Origin: Oopsacas minuta
Lineage: Eukaryota > Animalia > Porifera
Direction of reading: 5' to 3'
DNA: 64,000 nt
Assembly (NCBI GenBank): GCA_024704765.1
Contig: JAKMXF010000336.1
Span: 214,207 to 278,206 of the forward strand
How positions within the stretch are numbered: the first letter of the stretch is position 1; every line of letters starts with the position of its first letter. The position numbers and the translations under genes were made by a program. The notes beneath the pieces are model-generated. The model made no database searches and was not told the origin of the DNA. It saw nothing but the letters and a program-made list of their open reading frames with translations. Shown here one piece after another: positions 24,301 to 37,624 of this stretch.

Positions 24301-27300
24301 GAGATTATATATATTCCCTTTTATGGAAGTTTGTTTATCATAACTATATATGCGATTATTTCGCTTAATAGGGGTAGGACGTATAACATCATTGTGTTGA
24401 AGCTTAAACTACTCGTGAATATATAGGAAGCGATATCTCGTGCTGCGCTATATACCTTACTTCTGTTTAGGAGAATGCATCACGTGTAGAGATAACACAC
24501 AAGGTAGATACTGTAGTGAGTGTATAGATACTTTCTATAGAGATGTTAGTAAACCGATTGAAGATTCCGATGTATGTCTGCCATGTGGTTGTGATAGTAG
24601 AGGTATTACTGATGAAGGATTATGTACTCTGGTGAGTTTATCAAATACTAGCGCGCTTCGCATGCATGACATAGCACACACCGGTTGAGAATCACTTATC
24701 TATTAGATTTTAGAAATAATAATTCTTACATTATGATATTTCTCAGGATATTAATGGCAACCCTCAATGCAATTGCAAACCAAACGTTGAAGACCCTACT
24801 TGCTCTACCTGTAAAATAGGCTATTTTTCATTAAATGCTTCAAACTCTGACGGTTGCACAGATTGCGCATGTTTTATAGCAGGCACTAAATTAGGCAGCA
24901 CAGCTTGTCATGCTGACTCAGGACAATGTGAATGCAAGAGCAACGTGGATGGACTAAAGTAAGTTTCTATGTAAGAAGAACGAACCGCTTCACTTGTTCC
25001 TGCTGCGCGGCTTGTGAACACTTTGTGTTCGCATGGAACTCGACACTTCATGCCTCGAATTTTGGCAAAGTATAAAAATTGCAAATGAATTAATATATAC
25101 ATATATACGTATATATTTCAACTATTTGTTTACTTTATATTCATAAAAACAACAATTTGGTGATATTACGTGTAGTCCAGCACAGTTGCCAATGTGATAT
25201 GAGCTAGTTTGTAGGTAATTTCATTGAAATACTTGATACCATAATTATTGCCATACATGGTAATTGATAATTTTATTTGAGTTGTGGAGCTGCAACAAGA
25301 TTCCGACTAACAATGGGCTCATGATGGATACGATAATTATATTCATGGTTATCATTATACATCTTCCAGGAATAACTTATAGTTGGAATTCCATGGATTA
25401 TACCTTGGATATATCCTGGATTGGCTGTAAAACAGACTAGCGCGTGCTTCACATGCTAGGTCGCTGTGTTTGTAGTTCGTACCTCGGATTATGAAACAGC
25501 TAAATTTCTAGTGCTTTTACTGGCTACTTCGACAGGATATAGTCAGCACTATGTCCCTACAGTTAGAAAATTAAGGCTCTAATATGAATTTATTAGCCAT
25601 GGACCATCCCCAAATAACTATTTTAATGATTTCCAGTAGTAAGACCAGAGCCATTACGTAGCTTTTGGTTATCGATTTCGGCACTGAATGCCTCGCGCAT
25701 AAAGGAATTCTGGAATTCTCAATTTTGTCCCAATTTACCTCAGTTGGCTGTATTCATATTATGATCCTTAGATGTGATACTTGTGAATCCAATTTTACAC
25801 GTCTGACATCAACTAATGCAGATGGTTGTGTAGCGTGTGCATGTAACCAAATTGGATCAAAGAATGATAACTGCGACCCGATCACTTCTAACTGCGATTG
25901 TAAACCAGGTGTTGGGGCTGTTCGATGTGACACATGTTTATCTGGTTTCCATTCCTTTTCCACAAATGGTTGTCAAGCATGCCGATGTGGAAATGGATCT
26001 ATAAATGAGATATGTGACGTCACTAATGGACTCTGTGAGTGTAAATTGAATGTGAAAGGCAATAATTGTGATGTCTGCAAAGATGGCTTTTTCAACTTGA
26101 TGCCTTCAAACGAAGATGGGTGAGTAGTAAATATATTAATAGTGTGATATTTTCATTACTTTGTATTGTGTACAATCTAATTCAATAATATAGCTGATAG
26201 TATCCATCTTATTTCAATAATATGGTAGGATTAGATAACTTACCATTTAATGCATACCTCTACAGGGCATTGGATGATAGTTTCACTAGTCGAAACTTTA
26301 TATCTTTTGACGCTTGCACTGCCCTACAGCCATATCACGCGGTACTCATGCTTGTTAATCCATATTATAATATAATTCAATATAGTGTAACCTCTAGAAA
26401 TGGGGAACTTCTTCCATTTTCATTCATTTACATAGAAACTAACCTCTATAAGCAGGGAGTGGTGAATGAGGCATGTTTTACAGTTAATTATGTCTCACAC
26501 CATTGAAAGCCTCAATAAGTGGGGAATTCTACGATAAATTTCTTGAATAATCAATTTTTGTGCTAAATTTGGAAAACTAACGTAATTATCGTTATAACGA
26601 ATTGAAATCTTTGGGTTTCTCTGAAGATAATTTATTTCAAATAATATATTCAAACAATAACTTTAGGGCACATTATATTAATACTAAACAGCTGTTGGAG
26701 CAAATGGCTATACGTGATGGCTCAAAAATTTCTGTTTATAGGGCATTTTAGGTTGATATTATAATTGAGGAATGGGCCCGACCTCCCCCACTTATAGAGG
26801 TTCTACCGTACTAGAAATAAGTGGGCTCAGAATTTAGAATAGCACAACTTCTCAAATAATTTGCCAACTTAAGATATCGTGAATCCATGAACTTTACATA
26901 TACGCATATATTTAATGCATATTTTGTAACGATGTATACTTTGTAGCTAATGTAATAAGGAATGTGGCTAATTATAATCCAAATATAAATTTATAACCCC
27001 TCTTACTATTAGGTGTATTTCCTGTGGATGTGACCAATCAGGAACTGAACTAGACACACAATTATGTGACACTATATCAGGAGAATGTAATTGCAAACTG
27101 AATGTACAGGGCCCGAATTGTGATGACTGTAAACCTGGATTTTTCCTTCTACAAGAATCGAACTCAGAAGGCTGTGAATCTTGTCAGTGTAATGAACTTG
27201 GTACCAATACTACAGGAGATATCTGTGATATGATTACTGGTGGATGTGAATGTATTGAACCTGCAATGGGTATGTTAAGGGTAGATTTCGATCATAACGG

Positions 27301-30300
27301 TCTATTCAAGCCACATAAATCTATCATTCGAATAGATTTGACGATAGGCATCGTAATTCACCCAGCTGATATTCCTGATTTTGCAGATTTTGAGTTTTGG
27401 TCAGTGGGACCTGTTCATAACGGCTACCAAAGGGAACGAACTCTGGGTTACCTATATTTTTTGGTGACTACCCTTAATAGTCAAGTTATACTGATTGACT
27501 TTTCTCCCTAGGCACCAAATGTGACGGTTGCACTACAGGTCATTTCCTATCCTCTGATGCTTCTACTCTGTGTGAAGTCTGTGCATGTAACCCTATAACA
27601 GCTTTTGGTCAGGATTGTAACTCTACAACAGGTCAATGTTTGTGTCGAGGTATAGATGGTGATGGAGCAGCGTTAGGAATAGGAGGACGTACTTGCGATG
27701 AATGTATTGATGGTTACTTTCTATTCTCAACAACTGGGTATTTTTAATTAATAATTAAATTCATTTGTATCTGAAAAACCAGCTGTTGGCAGCTGTTTTT
27801 GAAGCATACTTTAGCAAGTCGACGTCATGATTAACTTTATTACATCTTTAGCAGTTTACGAATAGATATTTTCGCGAAGGATCGGTCTTGGAGAAAATTC
27901 GTCATTGTTCGAGTTCATTTTGAGTCACTATCGGTTTGTTTGGGTGTATACATTATTCTGGATTAGCGCTTATACCTGCTTTGATTTTTGTGTGACTGAT
28001 CTTCCGGCACGCTCGTTCTCCCAGCGACCAATTGCCCCGCGATTATTTTTCCGCAACAAACTTCGCCATTCATAATAACTGTGTTTTAGGCAGTAATAAA
28101 GTTAATCACAACTCGGATCTAGAGGTCGCAAGCCTGGCTTCGGGGCCTATAATTTAGGGCCCAGAATAAACCAACGGCCCATTAAATTTCGAAATAATTT
28201 CCTTTCATTCCTTGGATTAAATTAGAATTGACTTTAAAATTCTTTTTTCAATCACAGTTTCTGATCGTAAGATCTGATTCAACAATTTTTTATTCAATTT
28301 TGAAAAATTTTCTAAACCATGTTGTAGGCATGCTGGGTCGGGAGTTTGCTCTGACCTTCAATTCCCTTGGATTTGTTCATTGTTTTCTTATGTGTAACAA
28401 ATCAAATACTTATTTCCCTATTTATCCCTACAGATGTGTAGAATGCGACTGCAATATTGCTGGGAGCGAAGGTATCGGCTGTGATCAGGCAACAGGAGCT
28501 TGTGTTTGTAAGAAAAATGTGCAAGGAATTACATGTGATACTTGTAAAGATGGATTTGGATTCTTGAACGAAAATGATGAATTTGGATGTTCCTCAAGTA
28601 ATAATATAATCACATAATTAGATTTGTTCCTTCCTGGCAAGGCCAAAATTTATGTGACCATGCGATAATGAGGAGATTGCCAATTTGGTGTTCACATATA
28701 TTGTCGAATTATGCCCTCAAATATTCCCAGCTCAGAATTATTGATATTTTCCGTACGAATCATTCAATTGAAGCGAAACTTTTTCGGAACTGCGAATATC
28801 ATTTTTGACCCTTTAGAATTTTGCTCTGTATTTATTGCTAAGTTCAGTTTGTTCCTATCAGGATGTTGAATTATTTTTTTCGACCAAGCCGGCGAAATCT
28901 TACAGTGGATGCCGGTTATAATAACCCATTGGGAAGAGTAATACATGTTCTTATAACAGGCATAATACTAAAGGAATATATGAGAACTGTTTTTCCAGAG
29001 GATGGTACTTATATCCGGCACGTTCTTACTACCAGTATCCCTGTTTTTATATTTTCACAATCTTGTAGTTCCAACAGGACTCGCTCCACCTACCCTAACA
29101 ATCATATCCTCTTCCTCAATCTTAATATCCTGGTCGCCTGCTAGTTCTGAATCAGCTATACTATTCTACGGAGTTTCTCGAAACTTTACAGAAATCCATC
29201 AAACTACAGAATTAGAATACACAGACACTGGCCTATCCCCAAACACCATTTATACCTACACTATAACTGCAACGAATAATGCAGGTTTAAGTGAGAGTGG
29301 CGGCACTACTGATCGTACACTAGAAGATGCTCCTACGGGTGTTTCACCTGTCATGTTGACTAATATACAGGCTAGATCACTACAAGCTAGTTGGAGTGTA
29401 CCTACTCAACCGAATGGAGATATTACTGTGTATAATATTTTCGTTTCTTCGGACAATGGAGATGAGTTATATTTTTCTGGATTGGCACTGACTACAACTA
29501 TTTCTAGTAAGTTTAATCATTACCCATGTGCCCTATCCTTCAATGCGTGATTATAGACATTTTTATCGTCCATTGTGCATCCAAATTTCATACATTTAAA
29601 GACTTTTTGTGTGGACAATGCAGTTGCTACCTTGCTTTTGGTTACTAATCTTTGTACTTCGTGCATATTGTATTCGAAATTCTGAAAGTTTGGAAATTGA
29701 AAAACTACAATTTGTGCACAGTCATGATTACGTAATAATTCCATGATGAGTTTGCATTTTATCAAAATCATTCTGTCGGGACATTAGTAAATTGAAGGTT
29801 ACCTGTGATTATATTTTCGACCTTCTATCATATATATTGGCTAAACAGTGTCTAATAATTTAATTTACCGCAAATGCAAAAAAGTTGACACTTACGTCAT
29901 AATTTCGTCATAGGTGTGAATTTTCGACATGTCCGGGCCAGGTCAAACATATCTCTGTATGCCAAATATCACCCATGGGTGTTTTCCGGTTTCTTCAATC
30001 AATTCTAGACATACTGAATAATTGCGTATTAATAGTATAGATATTATTATGAAATCATATTCTGTTTGTTGTTCATCTCCCCTTCAACCCTACTGGGGTC
30101 TTACATCTCCCCCCAGCATTCCAGCTGGATTGGCATCCCTCACAAGAGATTCCTGGATCTGCCACTGCAAAATACTATCAGTTAGCATAGTACTCGTATA
30201 TTTGAATACAATTGAGTTGTTAGGTTGTGCAGCACATGATGACCATAGCTCCAACTGAACAGAGACTACGAGAACTGATATGATTGAAATGATATTATTA

Positions 30301-33300
30301 TCAGCTTAGGGATGCACCAGACATCTAAGCATGTCCATTTCTGAGTAATAATGTAAGAATCATCAACTGGTTTAAGTATAAATTCGCTAGAATACATTTC
30401 TGATATCATTCAGTAGCGTATCTATGAATTTCTGATTTGAAGGGTGCTATTAATCGCGAGTTAATTGGTTTTCAACTCTAGACAATAAGAAAGGGACACC
30501 AAATATATTTATCGTAACATGGGAACAAGATATTTCAAGCAATCCTAGTTAGTGTTTGTCATGAAAATCTGTTGTAACTATATGATTAATACATCTTTTT
30601 TGTAATTTTCAATATTTCAAAACATTTTTTTCCCGTGACAGTTCGAATTAACAGTGGTGGCCTCATTTATGCGAATATATGAGTAAATTTAATTCTTCAC
30701 TTTAGTGTATGCTAATTTTCCTCTAATCTCATAGGTCTCAAACCCTTCACAGAATACAGTTTCACCCTACAAGTATGCACTAATACAGGTTGTACTAACA
30801 GCTCCGTATCTAATATAACTACACTACAAGATGTTCCTGAACAGGTATCTACACCTCTTGCTTCTTCTATCTTCTCAGATTCCCTACAGTTATCATGGTC
30901 ACCCCCCACACAACCTAATGGTATTATTATCGCTTACGAAGTGTTTCAAAGGCAATCACCATTCACTGGACCAAGTGTCTCTATTGACAGTCTTTCTGGT
31001 AGTGAATTGAGTGTGTCTGTTACAGGACTCAATGCATTTACTGAGTATGAGTTTGCTGTATTAGCTTCTACTATTATTGGGGGTAATTTAAGCGAGAATG
31101 TTAGAATCAGGACATCTGAAGCTGGTAAGTTAAGAGTCACATGAACTTATTTTAGCTGTATATGGCATATAGGTATCTGAATATATCTACTGGCTGGAGT
31201 GCCCTATATCTCATTGTATTTTGATGTTATTATAAGAAATTCATTTCTTGATCAAAAATATTTCAACGTTTTTAGGCTTTGTCCATCTGATTGCTTTCAA
31301 GAATTTTTATCTCATTGTTTCATGACGTCCTCACCAGCTAACAATTTTCTTGGTCATTGGGACTAGAATGTGAAAAATATTATTTAAAATTTATGGTTGA
31401 GTTGAAATTATGAAATAATAGTGTGAATTGTACTTAAATATCGCCAATAGTCGTGTTGTAGCTAAAATTGGAAATTGGAAATCAAACTGAACCAATTTCT
31501 AACTAAAAACGGTATGAGAAATGAATTCTCTGTAGCTAGGGAAATTTGCTATACTGTAGAACCTCTTTAATACATACACCAAGGGACCGTCGAGATTTGT
31601 ACTCCTTATCCAGAGTACGTATTAACGAGGTTTCACTGTAATTCCATAAATTTCCTACTTTCAATACCAAATTTTTTATCTTTATAGCGCCAACTGAGAT
31701 TCAAGACCCTATCCTAACAGTACTAGGCGCTATGTCTGTACAGATATCATGGCAAAATCCTACAACACCAAATGCAGATTCAATAATCCACCATATTATT
31801 CGAACTAGCCCGCTACCCATGTCTGTTATTGTCAGTTCTACTAATACTGGGTCTTTCATTTTACCCAATCTACAGCCTTTCACTATGTATTCATTTCTAT
31901 TACAAGTATGTAATGTTGCAGGTTGTGGCAATAGTTCAGCTGTAACCATAACAACGGATGAGCATAGTAAGTATGCATTATTTTATATTACATTATAACA
32001 TGCATTATCCTGCACTTTTTTACTCGACAGTGTTTCTGATTTGAAATTGCTTCCGACTATTTAATTCACGTTCACACCCCGACACAATGGTCAGGTCCAA
32101 ACGAGTGTGTCGGGTTGTGCAGGTTTCACTATCCGTTGTAAAAATACCAGTTAATGTTTTGTATTATGTCTATATACTGGAAATGATTAAAATGTACAGT
32201 AAAAACAGTGTGAAAAAGTGTACGATCAAAATATTTTTTTGCCAACATGCACTAGAAAACCCCATTACGACTGTGTATAAAGATCGATGAAATTTTTATT
32301 CATGATTATTTTTCTAGCTCCTTCAGGCCAATCACCTCCTATCATCATATCCTCATATCCTAACAACATATCTCTAGGATGGGATCCACCATCTCTACCC
32401 AATGGCATAATTACGTCATACACTTTATCTAGACGTCTACCATCTCTAACACTATCTTCGCAACTAATTCATGAGAAAGGATTCCGTTTTCATGGAGGAG
32501 GTTATGCTAGATTTCCAACAGGCTCTTTCAATCCTGGGTTTTCAACTTCCATAGGTCTTCGTATACGTACTTTTAGTACAGACGGCTTGATAATGCTCCT
32601 GTCCACAGCCAGTATGTATGATTACATAGCGATTTCATTTAATAGCACTGCAGTACAGTTTGCATTCGATTCTGGTACCAATTCATTGACAAACATCCTC
32701 GTACTGAATGTAGCTATTAATGATGGTGCTTGGCATGACATAGCTGCTACCCGTATTGGTAACGAGGGTGGATTAAGTATAGATAGCAGTTTTAGTGTCG
32801 GGAAAACTGTTGCTGGATCTGATAATGACATTGCACAGAGTTCTATTGCTTTTGTGGGTGGAGTTGATGCGGATTTTGTATTTCCTGATGTTTTCCCTGT
32901 TCTGAGTGTGCATAGTATTGCTGGTTGTGTTCGTGATATGGAATTTAATTCTGAATTTGTTGATTTTGATTCTATAGAGAGTTCAGGACAGTTTGATTTG
33001 ACGCTTGCTGGTTGTCCTGTCGATATCGAGCAAGGTACGCATTACTCTGGTGCAGGTTTCGCGAAATTTGACGCTTCTAATGCTGAGATCAACGGTGAAT
33101 CATTTGATATTTCATTCGAGCTTAAAACAATAGAAAGTACCAGCATAATATTAGCATTAGGACTGGATTCAGCTACTCAATCGAGTGATTATATACTTTT
33201 CACAATCGCAGATTCTTTCCCAATGATAGATTTCCAAATTGACGGAGTGAAAGGCTCAATTTTATTTATTGAAACTACCATAGATATCTGCGATGGAAAA

Positions 33301-36300
33301 TGGCATTCATTTTCCCTGCAAAAAACCGCAACACGAATTTTAATGGTAGTTGATGAGGAGTCAAATCCCATTCCATTAGCTATGATAATCCAGATGGATA
33401 CAATATATTTTGGTGGTTTAGACGTGTTGTCGCCTTTTTATACTAAACTCGAGGCTGAATCCTTATTAGCGCCTAATTTCGGTGGATGTATACGCGGGCT
33501 ACAGCTGGATGGTGTTGAATTGGATTATTCATATGCAAGTGAAATATGGAATGTAGATATTGATGGTTGTCCTACTGTGTCTGTTGGGAGCTGTACTGCT
33601 GCTGGTATCAATGATTTAACTAGTGGAGATGTATTGAGTTATACAAATACTGGATTGATGGAATTTAGAGGTATTTTTTGACGGATTTTCATTATTTTCG
33701 TGTGAACTATAGGCTCTCGTTATATGCACATCAATAGGCTGTTGAATTCATACTTCATATAAGGAGTGTGATTAATAGTGTTCAACAAGCTGGTGGTTTG
33801 TTGGCGTTAGCCACCGAGATTCATTGCTTGCTGGCAGGGGCGCCTAACTTTGTAACAAATTTAACGGTACAGATGGTTGCTCACACATATTTTTTGTATT
33901 AGCTCTTTAGGGCTATAACCAAACGAGGAGGCTCGAGCCTCAAGCCCCCTCGGGTTCGGCGCTTGTGCTGGCTTAGTTATCCCACCATCTAATTTTTGTT
34001 TTTTCGAACACTAGTGCTTAATTGCTTATGGTATTTGGTTAAGATATCCAGCACACGCGAATCCTGGATTATATTTCATTGCCTTGTAAAAAACAATTTC
34101 CAAGGTTGAAACCGATCAAACTGAATATCAGTATTCATGTATAGCAACATAACCAAATACTAATAATATTCGGTTTGGGCCAACCAAATACAGAATATTG
34201 AACTATTCGCTTGCAACCTTGACAATTTCCTAGTTATTCATATATATATTTGCGAAATTTTGATGTAGCCTCTATGTCTATGGGAGTACGTGTACAAATG
34301 ATCTACAAATATTTATTTTTTGTATTTCCAGTGCTAACGAGAGTCTAATCTAGTTTGCAGCAATCAATGAATTTGCTTATATATTTATCTCTTATAGAAT
34401 ATTACTATAGAGTTAGTAGTCAAAACAGTGCTGGATTTGGTGTTAGTAATTGGCAGAGAGCTAATACACAACAAGGAGGTAAGTAGTTGTTTTAATGTTA
34501 TTGGTGTACTTTTGTATTCGTACTCAGCTTTTAGTTACGTCATTCCTAGATTAATAATGTATAACAAGTTGTAATACCCTGAGAAATTTCTAGTGGAAAC
34601 TGCTATACTGCCTCTAATTGAATACAATGTTTGCATTGTATGATTGCATACAGCGTATAGTTGCCGATGCCTATAGCTCGATAAATCATCTATTTAACTA
34701 ATTTCAATATTCAGAGCCTGAGGCGTAACTAGAGATCCTAGAGCTAGGAGGGAAGGATGGATATTTGCCTCAATAATGGCGATTACAATAGGGAGATGAG
34801 GTAACGCCCGAAAAAGCAATTGTCTCCTCTGCCTCAATGCTAGTTACGCCCTAGAGAGCATGGTGGATGATATTCTTTCTGTGAAACACTATATATACAC
34901 GTACTTCGGAGACCTAAATACTCTCATACGATTTTCCACAAATCCAAACCCGTGATTCTAATCAATTCATATACTATTTCCAACATCTGTGCTAATGTGT
35001 ATAATGTCTTTTCTTAGTATCATCTCCACCTTCAAACCTTCAGTTAACAGCACTCAGTACTTCTATTCAAGTTAGTTGGGATGCTCCTACAACTCTAAAT
35101 GGAGTAATAGACATGTATTTTATCACAACACTATTGAATGGTAAGTCTTGTATTAATGTACAGGTAATGCGTAGCTCGGGGTCACAGAGGTCACATGCCC
35201 CCTGGCCAAGATTTAATAAATTAAAATTTCTTACAAATATCAATATGGATTACTAAAACGAGCAAAATTGAAGATAACACCTTCAAGCTATTGGTGGTAA
35301 AGAATTACTTCGTTATGTTATACCGGATATTATTGTTTATTGCTAACTGTTCTCTTTTAGCGCTTTTTAACCCTAAATTTGTCCATGTTTTTCAGTGTCC
35401 ACACTCGACATACTCCCAGTTGGGCGGGTGCCTCTCCCTTCTCCTCTCTACTCCTGTTATATAGAACGGATACTTCGAAATACCGCTTTTATATTGAAGT
35501 CTGAAATTGTACAAACGTGGTCTAAAGCCTATCATAGAATTCATTGGTTATATCAAAGTAATTATTACACTTCCTTGGGTTCGATATAACAGGAGTTGCC
35601 TGTTCTCCTCCTCCTTTATCAATTTCTTTAACATCTTTTATTTAACTCCATATAGGGAATATCGTATCACAAGATAGTGTACCAGATACTCAGTTACAAC
35701 TTGATGTACAGGGTCTATCGCCATTCACCAATTATACTATCTCATTAGCTGTTCAGTTGACTACTGGAGTATTATCTGATTCAGTTACTGATACAGTTAC
35801 TACGCTAGAAGATGGTAATTATGCCTATAACCTTGAAATTAGCCGAGTTATGCCACATTCCTTATAACTTGTATAATTCTCTAGTTCCATCTAATGTAAT
35901 TCCTCCCAATCCTGTGAGTGTTACGTCACGCGATGCTACCATATCCTGGCAGCCTCCGAATCAACCTAATGGCCTGATAACAAGCTACAGTATATTATCA
36001 CTATCTCCTACTCAAGATACACTATATGTAGGGAATAGTAATGTATTCGCTACAACTTTATTGAATTTATCACCATTCACTGAGTATCAAATTCTTCTGA
36101 GAGCTTGTACTGTTATTGGGTGTGCTGATAGTGAAGCTGTAATATTCACAACGGATGAAGATATTCCTGAAAGTGAGTAGAGTTGGATTTGCTTCAAAAT
36201 GTTACTCTCAATATTGGTCTATTACTCTATTTCAATTTTCACTTATTATAGGGGAAAAGTGTACTATCACAATTTCCCTATTAGTCTCTTCAACCGCCGT

Positions 36301-37624
36301 AACCTATTTCTAATTATAATTCTAAGACTTAACAATATTTGGCGAAATTTCGATAAAATTCATTGCATCGATTAAGTATTGCAGTGCTTTTTAGAAAAGC
36401 TATTTTTAGAATCTTTAATTCGATGTCACATTTATTCGTAAATATTTCTACCCATTATTGACATTGTGAATTAACAATTACGACCGTTGAATAGTTATGT
36501 AGATTACAGAGAAGCACTTGTAATACAGAATCAAATAGAATTCCATTTGTCTTATTTGTGTATTTCCTCATATTTAGGTTTGAACCGTCCCAGCTTAATA
36601 GTACTAGACGCCAGAAGAGTATTGGTACAGTGGATCGCTCCATTTCTCCCCAACGGTGTAATCACCAGCTACACAGTGTTATATGCTCTATCAACAGATC
36701 CTAATAATAGTATTACAGCTGGTACGGTCAATGCTACTGTACTAGAGTTTACTGTATCAGGTAAAGTACTTTTTTGTAAATACTACAGTTGAAATCGGCG
36801 GTTGTTGTCAATTTCTTTCCACCAAGAATGAAGACAAAAACATCCGGTAGGCCTAATCATCCGAAGGTATTTTAGCCAAAAGCCTTTTTCTTTACAATTA
36901 AACATAACCCGATTAAACTGCACATAATGCCTCAGAAATGGACGCCTGGGGAATCGCATACATCTACGCACATTGTTTCTTACCATATCCCATCTATATA
37001 ATCACCTCCCTCGCCTAGGGTGATGTGTAATTGATGGATCATGGGTCACGGAACCAGGGCCCATCACCTATGACCCATCACCATGACTGATTGCCTATTG
37101 GCATTTGGATGTACAATCTAATTTCTGACTTATGAGCCACTCGGGTCGAAGTGTGTGACCAAATACCAACATACTAACAACTACGAAATATGTAGTACAC
37201 ATAGAAATCACAAATATAACATGTGCCCTGTAGCTATTAGAAGTAATGAGATACTTTTTTCATTGACGCTAATCCCTAGGCTTACCTCCTATCTACAGTT
37301 CCTTTGTGTATCCGTATACGTTACTTGATTGCATATTTTCATTACTTTCCTACCTCCTAGGGTTACAACCAGCAACAGAATACCAATTCTCAATACAAGC
37401 TACAAATAGCCTAGGTTCTATAACAAGTGATGTCACTATAAACTCAACACTACATGATGTACCAGAAGGAATATCTCCACCATCTGTATCAATTGTAACT
37501 GCTGTGAGTTTATTGGTTGTCTGGCAGATACCCGAATTACCTAACGGTGACATCATCAACTATAAACTGCTTATTGATCAGAATGAAGTATTTGAAGGGT
37601 TGCAATTACAGACAAATGTAACAG
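12396..37624 (+). CDS. USH2A: Usherin-like multi-exon gene, 3'-incomplete in this window (~2214 codons)
   Basis: GT-AG exons with consistent phases: 12396-12536, 16615-16777, 17329(or 17311)-17479, 17985-18274, 19260-19323, 20073-20349, 20968-21158, 21424-21627, 21905-21992, 22546-22693, 24471-24631, 24747-24958, 25772-26119, 27013-27269, 27512-27737, 28434-28597, 29069-29506, 30735-31124, 31688-31966, 32318-33670, 34398-34478, 35018-35140, 35656-35814, 35885-36172, 36578-36760, 37361-37624. Domain order signal, LamG-like, LamNT, laminin-EGF array, FN3, 2x LamG, FN3 is that of usherin. HLSPNCRCPPSHP...RLNTDAHPPSYSNDN resembles the usherin LamGL/LamNT junction as I recall it. Confidence 0.9.
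12817..12985. mobile_element. Tc1/mariner-type MITE (169 bp) in usherin intron 1
   Basis: TA|CAGTGGAGTCTCC ... GGAGACTCCACTG|TA: 13-bp perfect TIR and TA TSD. Confidence 0.85.
13177..13304. mobile_element. Small MITE (CAAGGTT...AACCTTG ends); second copy inverted at 34101-34221
   Basis: Terminal inverted repeats and shared internal CGAATA/TATTCG motifs. Confidence 0.55.
14945..15430 (+). CDS. Intronless bZIP transcription factor (CNC/Maf-like, 161 aa) nested in usherin intron 1
   Basis: VQDLNRILQ..FTDTERKRIKKLRYQGRNNKAAQTLRIK basic region with extended homology region; zipper L-x6-L-x6-L-x6-L; TATA-like tract at about 14884; ATTAAA at about 15524. Confidence 0.8.
   Translation: MDFETTYFQPISQYLPTLYSLPMGPKISNFSSPAMETKLKKCMALKGLLIDGWNTKFHKSPFISLLDSHKVAFCIAVQDLNRILQESVFTDTERKRIKKLRYQGRNNKAAQTLRIKNKRRENALSYSVYQLEKARISLSIEKEQLTSEICFYQKALSTSSN
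15982..16124. mobile_element. Tc1/mariner-type MITE; related copies at 37920-38081 and about 31555-31640
   Basis: TA|CAGTGAACC ... AGGTTTTACTG|TA; internal GTTCACATACGAGAGGTGTTC and TTTGGGACCGAGAAAAG shared with 37920-38081. Confidence 0.75.
17515..17886. repeat. Compound microsatellite: (TATG)n of ~305 bp with two interruptions, then (TTTG)n and (CTTG)n, in usherin intron 3
   Basis: Directly visible; source of the spurious MYVC/TYIH ORFs. Confidence 0.98.
19559..19702. mobile_element. ~140-bp TIR element, copy A (family shared with 34718-34854)
   Basis: CTGGGGCGTAAT ... GTTACACCCCAG; internal AAGGATGGATATTTGCCTCAAT and TGTCTCCTCTGCCTCAAT shared with copy B. Confidence 0.75.
20378..20640 (+). 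repeat. Dispersed intronic repeat; related copies at about 24985-25085 and 22248-22300
   Basis: CCGCTTCACTTGCTCGTGCTGCGCGGCTTGCGAACACTTTGTGTTCG..GGACTCGACACTTCGTGCCTCGA shared; contains GACAAACAGACAGACAAA; superfamily not assignable. Confidence 0.6.
21664..21814. mobile_element. Second copy of the 12817-12985 MITE family
   Basis: TA|CAATCGAGTCTCC ... GTTTTGGGAGACTCCACTG|TA. Confidence 0.75.
26505..26812. mobile_element. ~300-bp intronic repeat, homologous to about 23680-23860
   Basis: AAGTGGGGAATTCTACGATAAATT...TTTGGGTTTCTC shared; ends CACTTATAGAGGTTCTACCG|TA (mariner-MITE-like). Confidence 0.55.
34718..34854. mobile_element. TIR element copy B flanked by 5-bp direct repeat AGAGC
   Basis: AGAGC|CTGAGGCGTAACTAG ... 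CTAGTTACGCCCTAG|AGAGC. Confidence 0.7.

Noticed and set aside
32287-33681. 464-aa stand-alone LamG ORF (likewise 29002, 25665, 35812, 36487, 37306 and others)
   Set aside because: These are usherin exons extended into flanking introns; splice sites and phases link them.
33835-33965. GC-rich element with partial TGCTGG flanking repeat
   Set aside because: TIR match is weak and boundaries are ambiguous; probably a decayed MITE but not supportable.
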